Assembly (NCBI RefSeq): GCF_024521635.1
Contig: NW_026250417.1
Coordinates: 558,001-622,000, forward strand
From: Tricharina praecox
Lineage: Eukaryota
Direction: 5' to 3'
DNA: 64,000 nucleotides
The translations under genes and the position numbers were made by a program. This document shows positions 51,724 through 64,000 of this stretch, one piece after another. How positions within the stretch are numbered: position 1 is the first letter of the stretch; the number at the start of each line of letters is the position of its first letter. Below the pieces are notes generated by a model that saw only the letters and a list, made by a program, of their open reading frames with translations, ran no database searches and had not been told where the DNA came from.

Positions 51724-54700
51724 CCTCTTCTGCACCGTCAAAATCTCTGCAGGCTGCATGCCATGATACTCAGGGAGTATCATACATACGGGATGTACAA
51801 CCTGTCAGTCAGTCCACTCTTCCTCTAACTACTAGACCAAGTGCAGCAATGCGATGCCTGCCGGTAGAGGAATAAGTTCTTCTGGCCTCCGGCATTACAT
51901 ACTTGCTTCTTCCTTCATGCGGGTCTGCCATGAACCACTTGGTAAGTTGGTATGTACATGTATCATGGATGCGTTGTATGTAGTCTATGTAAATCTTTCC
52001 ACAATTACGTGGCCAGCCCTTTTTTCCGTTTTCTTTCGGAATGCCCAAGGCGGGCAGCGGTGAGAAGATTATCGAGTGACGGTCTATATTCTCCCCGTGA
52101 CCAGCGCGCTATCTCTGCCACAAGACGATCCCCCCTCCTCGTAGGCGGAAAGTTCCGGGGGAAATCTAGACTCAAATCCGCACGCGCACATGCCCGCACG
52201 TTGGATCATATTATACATAGCAATAATCCCCACCAGAATTTTTTCACAAGTGAATAGCCAAGTGCCTACTCACTAGTAGACGAATACAGCCACGATAGTG
52301 GCAACATCCTCTTGCGGGGCATAACTGGCTCAAACCCCACCCACCTAGATGTGTCTTGGACACCAAGAGCGGGAAAGTCGGAAACACCACTGACTGCCGG
52401 TGGCCCTATGATACTTAGAAGCGAGACCGTATCCCGCAACAGCCACAACTCAACTAAACTAGAGTGAATGGCCCGCACTACCCTTCAAACATATCCTCGC
52501 TCGCCTGGGCATGGCGGTTAATACGGTAAATCATTGGTAGTTCCCTGGAAACCGCCCCCCCTCCTCCGCCCTCCCCTCCTCCCCGTCGCAGCTGTCATAC
52601 ATCTGTCGCGCTGTGAGGTGTTCTGCATCTCATCCACCTGCATCTCTTCGACTGGGAGCCGAAGCAGGAGGACGTCTCGAAAAAAAATAACCTGATATCT
52701 GATCCTCCTCACAGTTTATCTGCACGGTTTGCAGTTGACGTGGCACTTGTCCCCCGCCCCCCCCCCCCCCTCCCTCCCCCAGTTGGTGTAAGATTCCCGA
52801 GTGACCCACTGTGCATCTAGGCAATCGATGCTGAGCCTGCCCCCGTCCCACTCCTCAATTTCGGAAAACCATCTGGCCCAGCTCAGCTACTCCTCCATTA
52901 CCGTAAAGCGAAATTCCACCCGCTGCCTAGGTGGGGATCTCCTGGCCTATGGCAAGTGCATGCGCTCTTCTGCCCGGATAGCCCGTCCATTCGTCTGAGA
53001 CAGTCCACTGGAGTGGCGGCGCCTCCTTCCCATGCGTACCTGCTTTCCAGCCCCAGAGGCGTACTGGTTGGTTGGTTCTGCTGGGTGGGGAAGGGGAGAT
53101 GTGGCGTTCTTGGTGTTCGGGAGAGGCTACATAGTCCATACACATGGGCGCCATAAGAAGTCGAAACATGCGGCCTGGTCGCCAACCTTACTCGAATCGG
53201 TATCGTCAGGGTCAGAACGATCATCAATCAGGATACTATACTCTTACCTACTGGATGGGTCCATACATGCGTACCTGGTGCCTCGCTTTTCGGTTAACTT
53301 ACAAGCGTCAACAAACGCGCCCATCGATTTCGCACTACATGATACAGCAACATGCGGAGCTACACACGCTTCGGCATTGTTTTCCCTCCAGCCGGCCCAT
53401 CCGGTTGCACAAGTTACAACCGGGCATTCATCCATCCCCATCCCTTTCCTTTCATCCCCGTCATATCTCCCCCAGACACCGCAGTAAGACCCGGTTTGGA
53501 CCACCTACATATATGTTCTTATTTTTCCGTCCTGATCGCATATCTATCCACAAGCTCATGATTCATCTCCGTAAGCCGCGACCCCCAGTTCGCTATCCCG
53601 ATTCTCTTGCACATCACATCGGTCCCGTTCCTGATCGCTTCCTCTCCTATTTCATACATCCTGCCTGCCTGCGTACCGGCGGGGGGGCGGGGGGCGGGGT
53701 GCCTCGGTTGCAGCAGCAGCAGCACCACAATATAGTACACATCGCCGACCTGGCGTTTGATATGTATCCTCCCCATCGCGTACCGCATGTCCGGTCTCGT
53801 ACCGTGGGGGCCTCCGAGTACCTAGTACGCCGCGCCGGTCCCATGGTTGATGGACTTCCAGAACGGCGGCGGCCAGTGCTGCTGCTACTACCACCACCAC
53901 CACCACCACCACCACCACCACACGGCCTGTACCATCCGAGATGCACATTGCACACACAGGGCTGACGGTGGACCCGCAGGGCCGCCACCGCCGACGCCGC
54001 CGCGGCGCCGCCCGGTGGGGGCCATGCTTCGCATTAAACTCACTATTCCCCTCCACACGCGGAATATAAGCAATCCACCTCTTGGCCTTACCAGCGGCAC
54101 CCTGGGTCCCGGCACTGCGAGGTACTCTACGCCTCGGACTCCCTCCTCGTCCAACATCCATCGTGTGGTTTCAAACACCAGCCAGCACTCTGATCACGAG
54201 ACCTCCCCCGGAGTCCGGACAGATGTCCGAATCTCGATCGATGACGGAATGACATACCTAGACTAAACGTTCAGATCGGGCTCGCGCTCGGCGGAAGATA
54301 CAATAGTTCCGTCACTCGCTCCTTGGTCATGCTGCCTCGAGAATACTTGTATCCCCCATCCCAGCGAGTATCAATTCCCACGAATCCGGTCACCGAGGAC
54401 TCCTACATACACTATGACTCGACGTGGCCAATCCACACATGTCATAAAATTACGAACATCCGTGTACCGCGTCACACGACATCACTCTCTATGTCGCGAG
54501 ATTTCCGGTATCCGTTCTCACGGGAGGTGGCGAGAGGCCTCTATCCGGGGCACCCCCACCTCCCTCTACTTTACATATGCCTTTTCTCCGGCTGCGTCTG
54601 ATACACTGTACACTATAGTACTTCAAAATACCACTTTACTTGACAGCAGAGGCCCTCGGATCCGCGGCAAGTTTTGACGAACCGAGGGGAAAAGAAGCGA

Positions 54701-56130
54701 ACATTGGCAGCCGGGTTGAAACATGGGCTACAAAGTAGCAGAGAGGTATGTGTGTACATACCGCCTCAAAGCTTCCCGCGATCGAATGCGCTTCCTTCCA
54801 AATCATGCTTATAATCAATAGGTATTAAGTCCCTCGGCTACCGACCCACCATCCACCACCAGGTCCGATCCACCATCAGCTCCGATCCTCCGGCTCTAGC
54901 TCCGCGAACCTCAAGGTTAAAACTTAAAACTTAAAACAAAGTACATAAACGAGATCGAGATCGAGAGTCGACTGTTGAGCGCCAAGCATTAAGCTTAAGC
55001 GAAATACGCCCAGTTATGCTACCGAAGGAAAAGGCGGGGGGCGGGGTGGGAGGATTGAGTTTCTCGGCCCGCGGAATCACGCGTCGGCAATAGCATCATC
55101 CCCGCCAGCCAGCCAGCCAGCCGAAGGAGGCTGGAGGTTGAACTTTGAAGCGTTCGCGTCACTCTATGTACTGCCACGAGGCCCAACCGATCCGACCAAA
55201 CCAAACCTTGAACCCGGCGGCTGGGGAGCCGACGGTTTAGGTTTTAGGTTTTAAGGTTTTAAGTTTTAAGTTTTAATCCAGCTCCACGTGCGGATGTATC
55301 ATGTGGGGGAACCTGGAGCTACCGAGCCAGAGCCAGAGCCAGAGTCTATCAAGGAGCGGGACGAGTGAGGCGAGTGAGAGCTCGCGGTCAAGACAGCCTG
55401 TTTGTCTAGACTCTGGCTTTACGGGTAGCCGGGAGCGGGTTTTCGTCCCGATCGGCAGCAAAACCCACACACCCCACACGGGCGAGTGATGGATCTCACG
55501 AGCTTGAAATCACCAGGACGTCAGACCGCCAGCCAGCCGCCACATACGTGAAATCCAGCACGCATTGCCCTCTGGTCTTCCCATTCCACTCACGCACATC
55601 ACCGTCCACGATGCAAAAGAGATTCGGATGAGTACCGCTGGATACTTCCCAGTATTGTGTCTAATTAAGCTAAGCTATCTGCCAAAAACAAAACCAAGGG
55701 GAGAAGAAGATGCGGGGGAGAGGGAAAAGAAAGAATATTTTTTTCCGGTCATGAAGGAAAAAAGAAAAAAAGAAAAAAGAAAAAAAGAAAACAAAATGGA
55801 AATAGGGTTGCCCGCCTTTAAACGGAAATCATCATAAACGAAGTGGTAATAAGGAGACATAGGAAACGGAAGAGCGTCAGAGCAGACAGAATAAGCGGGG
55901 AAAAAACAAGTAGAAAACACTGTACGAGGTTCCCAGCAAAAAAAAAAAAAAGCACCAAAAAGATGGAGATAGCCAGATGGTATGTACGAGAAAACTCTCA
56001 AGTCCGCCAAAAGGCCGAAAAAGTCGTAATAGGGCGCCGGCAAGAAGCAAAAAATAACAACTTCAAGAATAAAACGAGAAACGGTAGTAGCAATGTTGTG
56101 TCCGACCTCCAGCTCATCATCTCCTGACGA

Positions 56131-59100
56131 TCAATGGCTCACGGCCCTCCTCACCGGAAGATCTTCATCAGACTTTTCCGACTCATCCACGATGATAATC
56201 TCGTCGTCGTCCAGTCCAAAATCCACCACCTCTTCCTCTTCTTCCTCCTCCTCTTCGATGATTCCACCATTTCCACCTCCCCTCGCCTTACTCATGCTCC
56301 CCATACTATCCCGTTTGCTGCTACTGCTGCTTCCATTAAGCATCGGTCCTTTGAACACGCTCTTCTTCCTCTTTGCGAACGCAATGGGTCCTGCTAGGAC
56401 TGCCGACTCATTGTACCCACCACCTCTACCAACTCCTCCCTTTGACGGGAACGGATTCGAAGACGACGGTGTTGCAGGCAACACCTTGACGGACGAACCT
56501 CGTGGTGACCGTGGTGACTTGAGGTTTATAGACGATATGGATGCCGAGGAAGTTGACGACGCTTTCGAGTGAGTCTTGTTATGGAACGACCGGATCGAGG
56601 ACACCGATGACGATGTTGAATTCCGTCCATTTAGACCCCTGCCCGCCGAAGCACGTCGATACGACGAACGCGGTGTGTGCGGTTGCGGCGATAGCGAGTT
56701 TCGTTTGGGAGGCGGCGTGTTTCGGTGCGTGGTGATGTATGGAGCATTCCCTCTCGAGTTGCGCCGTACTCCGGAATGTGACGAACGTGAGCCTGAACTC
56801 CCGGCGTTTGCATATTGATGGTAGATGTGTGACTTGCTGCCGTTTGAGTGGTGCTTCATTAGGTTCTGATGATGGTGGACGCTTTTGGCATTCGGTGAGG
56901 TCGCCCGCTTCGCCGAGTCCAAGAACCAGTGCTTGATACTGGCCAATTGCATCATGAGTGCCTGCTTCCGGGTAGTCCGGTTCTTGTGTTCCTGAGCATC
57001 TCTCCTGAGATCCGGAGAAGACCGCACTTGGCGCTCCGACTGTGGTGGTTTGAGGTAGGGTCCATAATCCCGGTCCTTTTCAACCGGAGGCGGAACTCCT
57101 CCCCTCGGAGAGGTTGGAGTTCTTGGTCGACCGTACTTTGCGAATGGACGCTCTGGTAAGATTATTATAGCTGTGGCTCAGGTGAGTTTCTATTCCAAAC
57201 AAAATAGAAAATGAAGGGAACGCATACGATTTTTTTCCGTGCTCTTCCCGTTGCTTCGCTTTGGAGATGCATCTTCGTCAACTTCCTCCACTGGTGGTGG
57301 CATGGAATCCAATTGTGAAGCTGCGCTCATCCGTCTGCTCTCAATCTTCTTCTTTTGCCGCCGCCTCTCCTTTCTCTCCTCCTTCTCTATCAGCAATGCC
57401 CACCAGCCAGCTAACGCGTCGCACTTCTTTGCTAACACGTTTTCTATGACCTGGTCGATATCCACTCCTGCTGCCTTCATCCTATGCAGGCAGTCCTTTT
57501 CAAGCTTAGTGGTGAACGGTGGTAGGGCTTGGACGGCTAGAATCGCTCTTTGCTGTGGCGCATGTTCGGCGAGGAAAGGGTGGGCCAAAAGCTCCGAGAG
57601 AGTGGGTCGTAGACTGGGCTTTTTCTGCAACATGGCCTTCAGAAGTGACACCGCGTCTGAGCAACCAGATATCAGCAAGTCCGTACTTGACAGGAGAAAG
57701 AATCTAAACTTACCATCTGGGATGTCGTCCGGGTACTTTGGCTCATCGTTCAAGATCTTCAATTTCGTCTCGCTCTCAACATCCTCATCGAAAGGCAATT
57801 CACCGCAGAGCAGAGCGTACAGGATGACACCTAATGACCAGACGTCCACGGCTGTTCGCGATTCAGTAAATGCGCATCAAGGATGAAATAATTGATAACG
57901 CACACCGCCAGACGCAAAAGAAGAGGTAGATAAAATAAAGAAAAGCAGAACCATCCCGTACCATACGCCATGTACCTTTCTCCTTTCAGCATTTCGGGTG
58001 CCGAGTAGCATACGGTGCCGCAGAAGGTCTGTAACAGCTTGTTTCGTTCATATTCCCGGGTGAAGCCAAAATCGCACAGTTTAACCTGTAAGGTCCCGCC
58101 AAAATAAGCCGTCATGATTCATCACTCGATAGGCTTGGAAAACACATACGTTTTCGGCCTTGTCCAGCATGATGTTTTCCAGCTTGAGGTCGCGGTGAAC
58201 GCAGTTATTCAGATGTACATAGCTCACTGCACCAACTAGTTGGGTGAATATTCGCTTCGTCTTTTGGGTAGATAAACGACCATTCTTGATAAGATAGTTA
58301 AAGAGCTCGTCCCCTGTAACACACCACTATATCAGAATTTTTTCCTTGCATCCGAGTCATTCGCTTGCTTCGTATCGGAAACCACGTACCCGGGCAATAT
58401 TCCAAGACCAGCCAGACGAGTGTCTCGGTCACAATGACTTCGTATAACCGCGTTATATGTGGATGTAGCAATTGCCGGTGGTGGTGAATTTCCCGGGCGA
58501 GGTTCGCATCGTCCTTCTGGGCGGATTTCAACACTACCTGTTCACCCCCGCCATCGTCATCAGCATTCCGTCCTACCCGAAGCATCGTCGTCGCATCACT
58601 TTGCCAGGACCGGGGGGCGCACCTTGGATCCATTGGTAAGCTTGTGGGTCGCGAGGTAAACCTTGCCGAAGCTGCCCTTCCCGATCAAGCGGCCGACGTG
58701 GTAGTTGCCTACAGTCTGGAGCTCCTTGGATGAAAACTCTCTGGAAGCGACACACGAATCTCAGCAATTCGTCTAACAAAAACAAGTTTCCGTGTCTCCC
58801 GCTGTGTGTGTGCTTGGTCTGCGTCGGTTCTCCCGAGGAACTGTAGTCCCTTTTCTCTGATGATCTAGCCATAGGTCCAGGCGGGAGAACACGACGTAGG
58901 AAACAAGGGGCAATGGAAGCGTTGAAAGATTCTGAGTGAGGGTTCGGAAATCGTACGTTAAGAGTTCCTGATAGGAATTCACCAACTAAACACACCATAC
59001 TTTGCGTCAGCACTGAAACCACTTCCCCGCACGCGCGCACACACGCATCACACACGTACGCACACACGTAGCAAAAAAAAAGAATCATAAAGATTATATT

Positions 59101-59149
59101 TTACCTTCGCCCTCTGCTTCTGTAGATCCGCCTTACTCTGCGGCGGCAT
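56131..59149 (-). CDS. Ser/Thr protein kinase, CAMK-like (resembles S. pombe Ppk16 type), about 738 aa; exons 59149-59105, 58985-58957, 58740-58623, 58537-58390, 58313-58150, 58085-57962, 57851-57714, 57656-57228, 57152-56131
   Basis: Motifs IGKGSFGKVY, VVLK, HRDLKLEN, KLCDFG, TFCGTVCYSAPE and DVWSLGVILY, then a Ser-rich tail. Eight frame-consistent GT-AG introns. Confidence 0.94.
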
Positions 59150-61389
59150 ATCCCCACCGTTTCGCTCGACGACGCCGACCCCCTTATCCCACGACGGAGC
59201 CCGATCCCTAGCCCCAGTTTCCCAGCTACCGCCTCCGCTATTGTCCCAGTCCCGAACGACGTCGACGTCCTCAGCAGCCTTCCCAGCAGCAACACTACTC
59301 CGTCGTCGTCCGCGTTCAGGTGTTGCGGGCTCTGTCGCGGTTACCGCCGAGTTCGAACGAAGCCGGTTCCGCAGGCCCCAAGGGGTGCACGTCTTGAAAA
59401 ACCCCGACAGATCCAGACTCTCGGTTGGAATAGTCGGTTTGGTTCAACGCAAGGGGGGGCGGACGTGTGCGATGTGTGCGTGCGATGTGTGCGTTCCGTG
59501 TCGAAATGCCGCGGTCGAGAAACGTGATGAAGCGATGGATTAGGCCAGTAGGAAGGCAGAAGCTTGTTCCGTTCGCTCGAAGGATAGAGATTTTTGCGAA
59601 TCGTAGGAGACACGGGAAGACGGACGAGGGGATGGTGCGTGTAGTAGTAGGGAGGACAGCTCTTCTTGGGGTGGACCTTGTTTCGGAGGGAAATTCTTCG
59701 AAGCTCTCTCGCTGTCTCGTTAAGTAGTGCTACTTGGTTAGCCTCAATGCAGGTAGGTTGTGGAATGGATGCAGAGGATGTGGAAGGACAAAGCGATTGT
59801 GTCGCGCCTCGGGTTCAGCCACAATCCACTATGTACCGCCACACCATTTACACAATCCCTACCTCAGAGGCCACCATGGCTGGAAGAAGCGCGTTGCTCC
59901 TTACTGATCTTGACCACAAGACTGACAACGGTCGCCACCTACGTAGTCTTCATGTGCTGCCGTTCTGGAAAATACCTTGCAGTCGTATCGGCACTATTGT
60001 CAGGATCTTCCCGAGTCCCGCCTGATATCGATACGCTGGCAACCATGGTCATGGCACGCACGCATGCGCATGGGCTGGTCTGACTGACATGGCCGGAGAG
60101 AAAGGAATCAACCCACCCACCAAAATTTGCCGCAAACAGTGTTATGAATGTGAGAAACTACTTTTGGCCAAGCGCAATGGAATTCCTCATAAAGTCGGTG
60201 CTCACAGCGACTAGACATCAATTGTCACCCGTCCACTTCACTTTAATCACAGATCTGATGTTCTTGAATCCATTGGAATGGCCGTTAGTAAGGCCAATAC
60301 GATCTCTGCAATCACTGGGTTGGCCAACTCTTCGAATACCGGATTTAATTTAGTCTATGAGGCAATACAATACCGTAGTCCATCCCACCCCAGTAGGGCA
60401 CCCAGCATCATGCGGAACCGTACAGCATCGGCTGGTCGGGTTCGAGTGTGAGTCCGCAATGACTAGGTGGGTGTGTTCGGCCTGTCACTCCGAGCAAGGT
60501 GGCAAAAGTCCGTCTAAACATCAGCCCCATGGGGGTTGGAATGCGCACACGGGTTCAGGCAGCGTTTTCAGATTATCGGTTCACAGATCTCGACTCTGAG
60601 GATAAGGCATTATATGAGTTTCTGTAGTCACCTATTAGGATGCGCGGTAATGTCTTTGATAGATGCGGCAAGATAAGAAGGCGCTTAGATCCAAACCTTC
60701 CTGCTGTCAGACTTCAGTCCAGTCACTAGAGTCTAGGGATTCCGGGCGCTGTGGGGTGAAATTGTCGTATTGACAGTTGGAAATATCATATCTTTCCTCC
60801 TTAGGATGGGCTCCCAAGATCCTCGGGACTGATGGAAGTGCACCGGTTAGCTCGATTGGACCGAGCTGAGTTCCGTCCCGTCCTGTACAGCTGTGCAGAC
60901 TCGTCCTGTCCCCACCAACTGGTTTTTGGGTCCGCTCCCGAACGACTCAGGGTAGGGGACCAGATTAGGTCAACCTACCCTTCACCGAGTCCCGGCCACA
61001 ATCGAAGATGCAGTTCACGTCCGATATGAACCGAATGTATCGAGCTAAATCCTAACCGTCTCGGCATACCGATCATTCACGCTGCCACGCACTTACCTAG
61101 AGCAGAGTACAGGATCTAAAAATGCAGATAAGAGGTACTTAGCCATACACCCTCAAGTTGTCAAGGATAATTTTAACACTCGGTTCCGAGGCTTCAAGAA
61201 TCGTGGCCCAAGTTGCCGCAGAAGTAAAAAACTGAGTGCTACGTGATGAAGCATTCAGGAAGTGCTACGGTTACACACGCAGCGCGGCAGCGGGGTGTAT
61301 ACGTACGACATCGGAACGGAATCAAGCACTCGACACCAGCACCAACACCTCACCTTCAATCAGCACGATCACTCAACCGTCTACCAGCT

Positions 61390-61567
61390 ATCCCAGGCTT
61401 CACGAAATTACCTGTCGAAGTTCGAACTCGTCATCCAGATCTTTAGATACCTAAACTCCAGCTCGGCAACTTCGTTAGCCCGATGCAATCGCCTTCTCAA
61501 TAGTGTAGGAGAGCAACAAATTGATGCCGCCGCTCGAGATATTCTAGACGAGCTACCATTCATCTGA
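61390..61567 (+). pseudogene. F-box domain gene remnant
   Basis: Removing the 7-nt GTTCGAA at 61420-61426 gives IPGFTKLPVELVIQIFRYLNSSSATSLARCNRLLN, an F-box LPxEL..I..YL pattern. ATC sits where the start ATG would be, and there is an early stop at 61565-61567. Confidence 0.55.
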
Positions 61568-61907
61568 CGCTGGAAATCCTCTACGGCTACGGTGGCTGTT
61601 TAGCTTGATCGCAACTGAAGTCCGAACTTTCAGGTGACGCCTGATTTCCCGAAACGTTATATACCAAGTAGTACTCCAGTACACGCTATCCTGATATCAA
61701 GCGTATCGTTTTATCGACTTGGTACAAGGAGTATAGCTACGACGACTGTAAATGTTGTGAAACCAATTGGCACTTGATCAATTACTGCCAGGGCTATTTT
61801 CTTACCCTCGGTATGAAATTTTGGTCCCCAACGACGATTCCTCGGCCTGGTCGGGTTCGAATGATCAAACGCTTTGTGCCGTTTCCGACACATAGGTACG
61901 CTGCGTA

Positions 61908-62180
61908 CAGTGCTCCTTCTTATAGCCCAGTCCGTCCGACTCTAGGCAAGTACGGTACTGGACTACATACATCGCATAGTCCGTCCAGAGGTTTGGACGG
62001 GACTTCGCAGTCCAGAGAAAACTGCAGACTCGATTGGACCATATATCATACAGCTTACCACCAAAGATATCCTGTCAACAGTCAACCGCAGTCATCTAGG
62101 TAGTCCGGTCCGAAAAACTTGGCGACTTAGACGAGACTAGACTGGCACAGTCCGGACTGGAGTATGGTAACGGAGCACTT
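61908..62180. mobile_element. hAT-type MITE related to the 25882-27401 element
   Basis: Ends CAGTGCTCC and GGAGCACT(T), with subterminal AGTCC/GGACT motifs. Flanks GCTGCGTA and GCTACATA look like an 8-bp TSD with two G/A differences. Confidence 0.65.
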
Positions 62181-64000
62181 GCTACATATGGATCGGGTCC
62201 CTGCCTTCAGGTGGGTGATGAGCACCTGGTTACGCTGAACGACCAGCCAATGTTAGTGCAACAATCGGTCGCATTCGGATAACCCGTATTATATTCCGGA
62301 ATCGGTCGTTTCGGTCGGAGAACATTCGGTCGAATATCGGTAGCTCATCGGTGGGATTATCGCTTCGTAGTCGAAGAGAATTTAGTCGAACAACTGTTCG
62401 GTGGGATTCTCGCTTCACGGCCAAGAGAACAGAAAGACCGTTTGAAATGGAAGTGGTGTGCCAGTATCTATTCGTTTCTTTCTTTCCGGCTGCAGTGGTC
62501 CATCTCCAATTCCGCTACATACTATGATGATAACCGATCAATTAAAGACTTTTCCATGCACATCGTCGTCGCATAAATATCCTACCAGTACACCACAGAC
62601 ACGAGTGGCCGCACATGACAACGCTTCGACTTCCCTCCTCCATCCGAGGAACGCGGTTCGATCAACCAGCAGATGTATCACCCAACCTCGCAGTCCTCAG
62701 ATAGATAGAAGCGAACGCTGCACCACGCTGTCGATCACAGGAGCGTTTCAGCTCGATCTGGAGCTCTCGGGGCAGTCAGCACTCGTATCATACGTTGGCC
62801 GCAGGCCCGCAGGTGGTAAGTTATAACCAGGTAGGCAGAATAAGACGGTACTTAAGTCTTAAGCTACCCATCTCACAGCCCATCCCACCGCCCAGCCGAC
62901 CGATCTTCCGCGTGTACCCGGACTAGGTAGTCCTGGTGCCGCGAGGCCACTGCCAACCAGACGGGTACGTACATACAGAGTCCAGAGTCCAGACACGGGC
63001 TGGAAGTCTGCGTATTTGCGTGCTTGTGTCTGGAACATTGGTGCGGTGGTATGATCGAGTCCTTCCTTCCTTCCTTCCGCCTGCCTGCCGCGCAAAGGTC
63101 CGTGGTGCGGCGCGCAAGAGTCGTCTCGTCTCGGCGCTGTGCGAGGGTTCCGTAGAGTAAGCGGGACGGACGGACGTCGGACTCTGGACACAACCAACTT
63201 CCAACATGGTGTGATGTCCGAGTTCAATACCGCACCTCGCGATGCTCACGCCTGCGGCCTGCTGACGGCTCTATGTATAAACACAGGCAGGTAGCTGGGT
63301 CATCGCGGCAAACCGACCGAACTGACTGAGGTTCGCAAACGAAAAGGGACGAGACTGTCAGTCCCAAATATCTCGTCAGTGGGCTAGTGGGGCAGTGGCC
63401 GAGATCTCTCGTCGATATTCGATCGAGTACAGCAAACTTCAAAATAGTCGAATACCCACTGCCCAGACTCGACCAAAACCGGCTGCCGGTCCTCGGCGCG
63501 AACAACGAAGTCAGTCAGTATGTAGGAAAAAAGAAAGCTCGATCAACAATCAGTAAGAGCTGCATCGTGCTGCGGGGCGGTATGTAATATATATTGCGAA
63601 GTTCTTGGGATTTCAGGGCTGAAAATTTAAACACATGTAAGAGTACATATGTAAGACGTGGGGTAGCTGCTGGGTGGGTGGGTGACGCAGCTTTTTGCTG
63701 ACGTGAACACTGAAGGGTTCGCGTATGGCTTTGTCATTCGCGTGCGAGAGCTCGACTGCGCGGCGGGGCGGGGTGGGGTTTCGTTTCCCTTCCCGAGGAT
63801 ATTTCGTTTCATGCGGGGAAGGAGGGGGTTGGACTATTCCATGGCATTGGTAATTGGTAATAGCAATCACTCACCATCACCAATGTATGCGAACTTCAAA
63901 ACTTGTTCTTCCGTTTGTGATGAGATGTGATGCAATTCGAAAGGCGGTTGGTAACTTGGTTCCACTCCCTCCAAGTTCCAACGCCCGATTTGTGCCCGTT

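Noticed and set aside
53144..54266. ORFs with poly-His, poly-Pro and poly-Gln
   Set aside because: The homopolymers come from (CCA)n and (CAG)n repeats, and I could build no consistent exon chain.

Overview
Intron-rich eukaryotic DNA from a filamentous ascomycete. The gene style, simple-repeat-rich spacers and transposon types suggest Pezizomycetes, which is an inference. Manual splicing (GT-AG ends, CTRAC/CTAAY branch sites, frame checked) supports eight genes: a Psh1-like RING E3 ligase, COX23 (missed by the ORF track), a Gap1-family amino-acid permease, ECM29, a Zn2Cys6 transcription factor with a 10-nt micro-exon, a 4-TM membrane protein, an RRM+YTH RNA-binding protein and a CAMK-like kinase. 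There is also a candidate spliced 78-aa orphan gene. The clearest unusual structure is a three-level transposon nest at 25.8-27.8 kb: a LINE with a 15-bp TSD, inside a hAT with an 8-bp TSD, inside a PIF/Harbinger-like element with a 3-bp TSD. A second LINE remnant lies next to it, just upstream of ECM29. Other features are Tc1/mariner-type foldback MITEs, a hAT MITE, an F-box pseudogene, many microsatellites and an apparent excess of AAG 3' splice sites. I found no rRNA, tRNA or CRISPR, and I cannot support a complete new multi-gene system from the sequence alone. All assignments come from reading motifs by eye, not from database searches.
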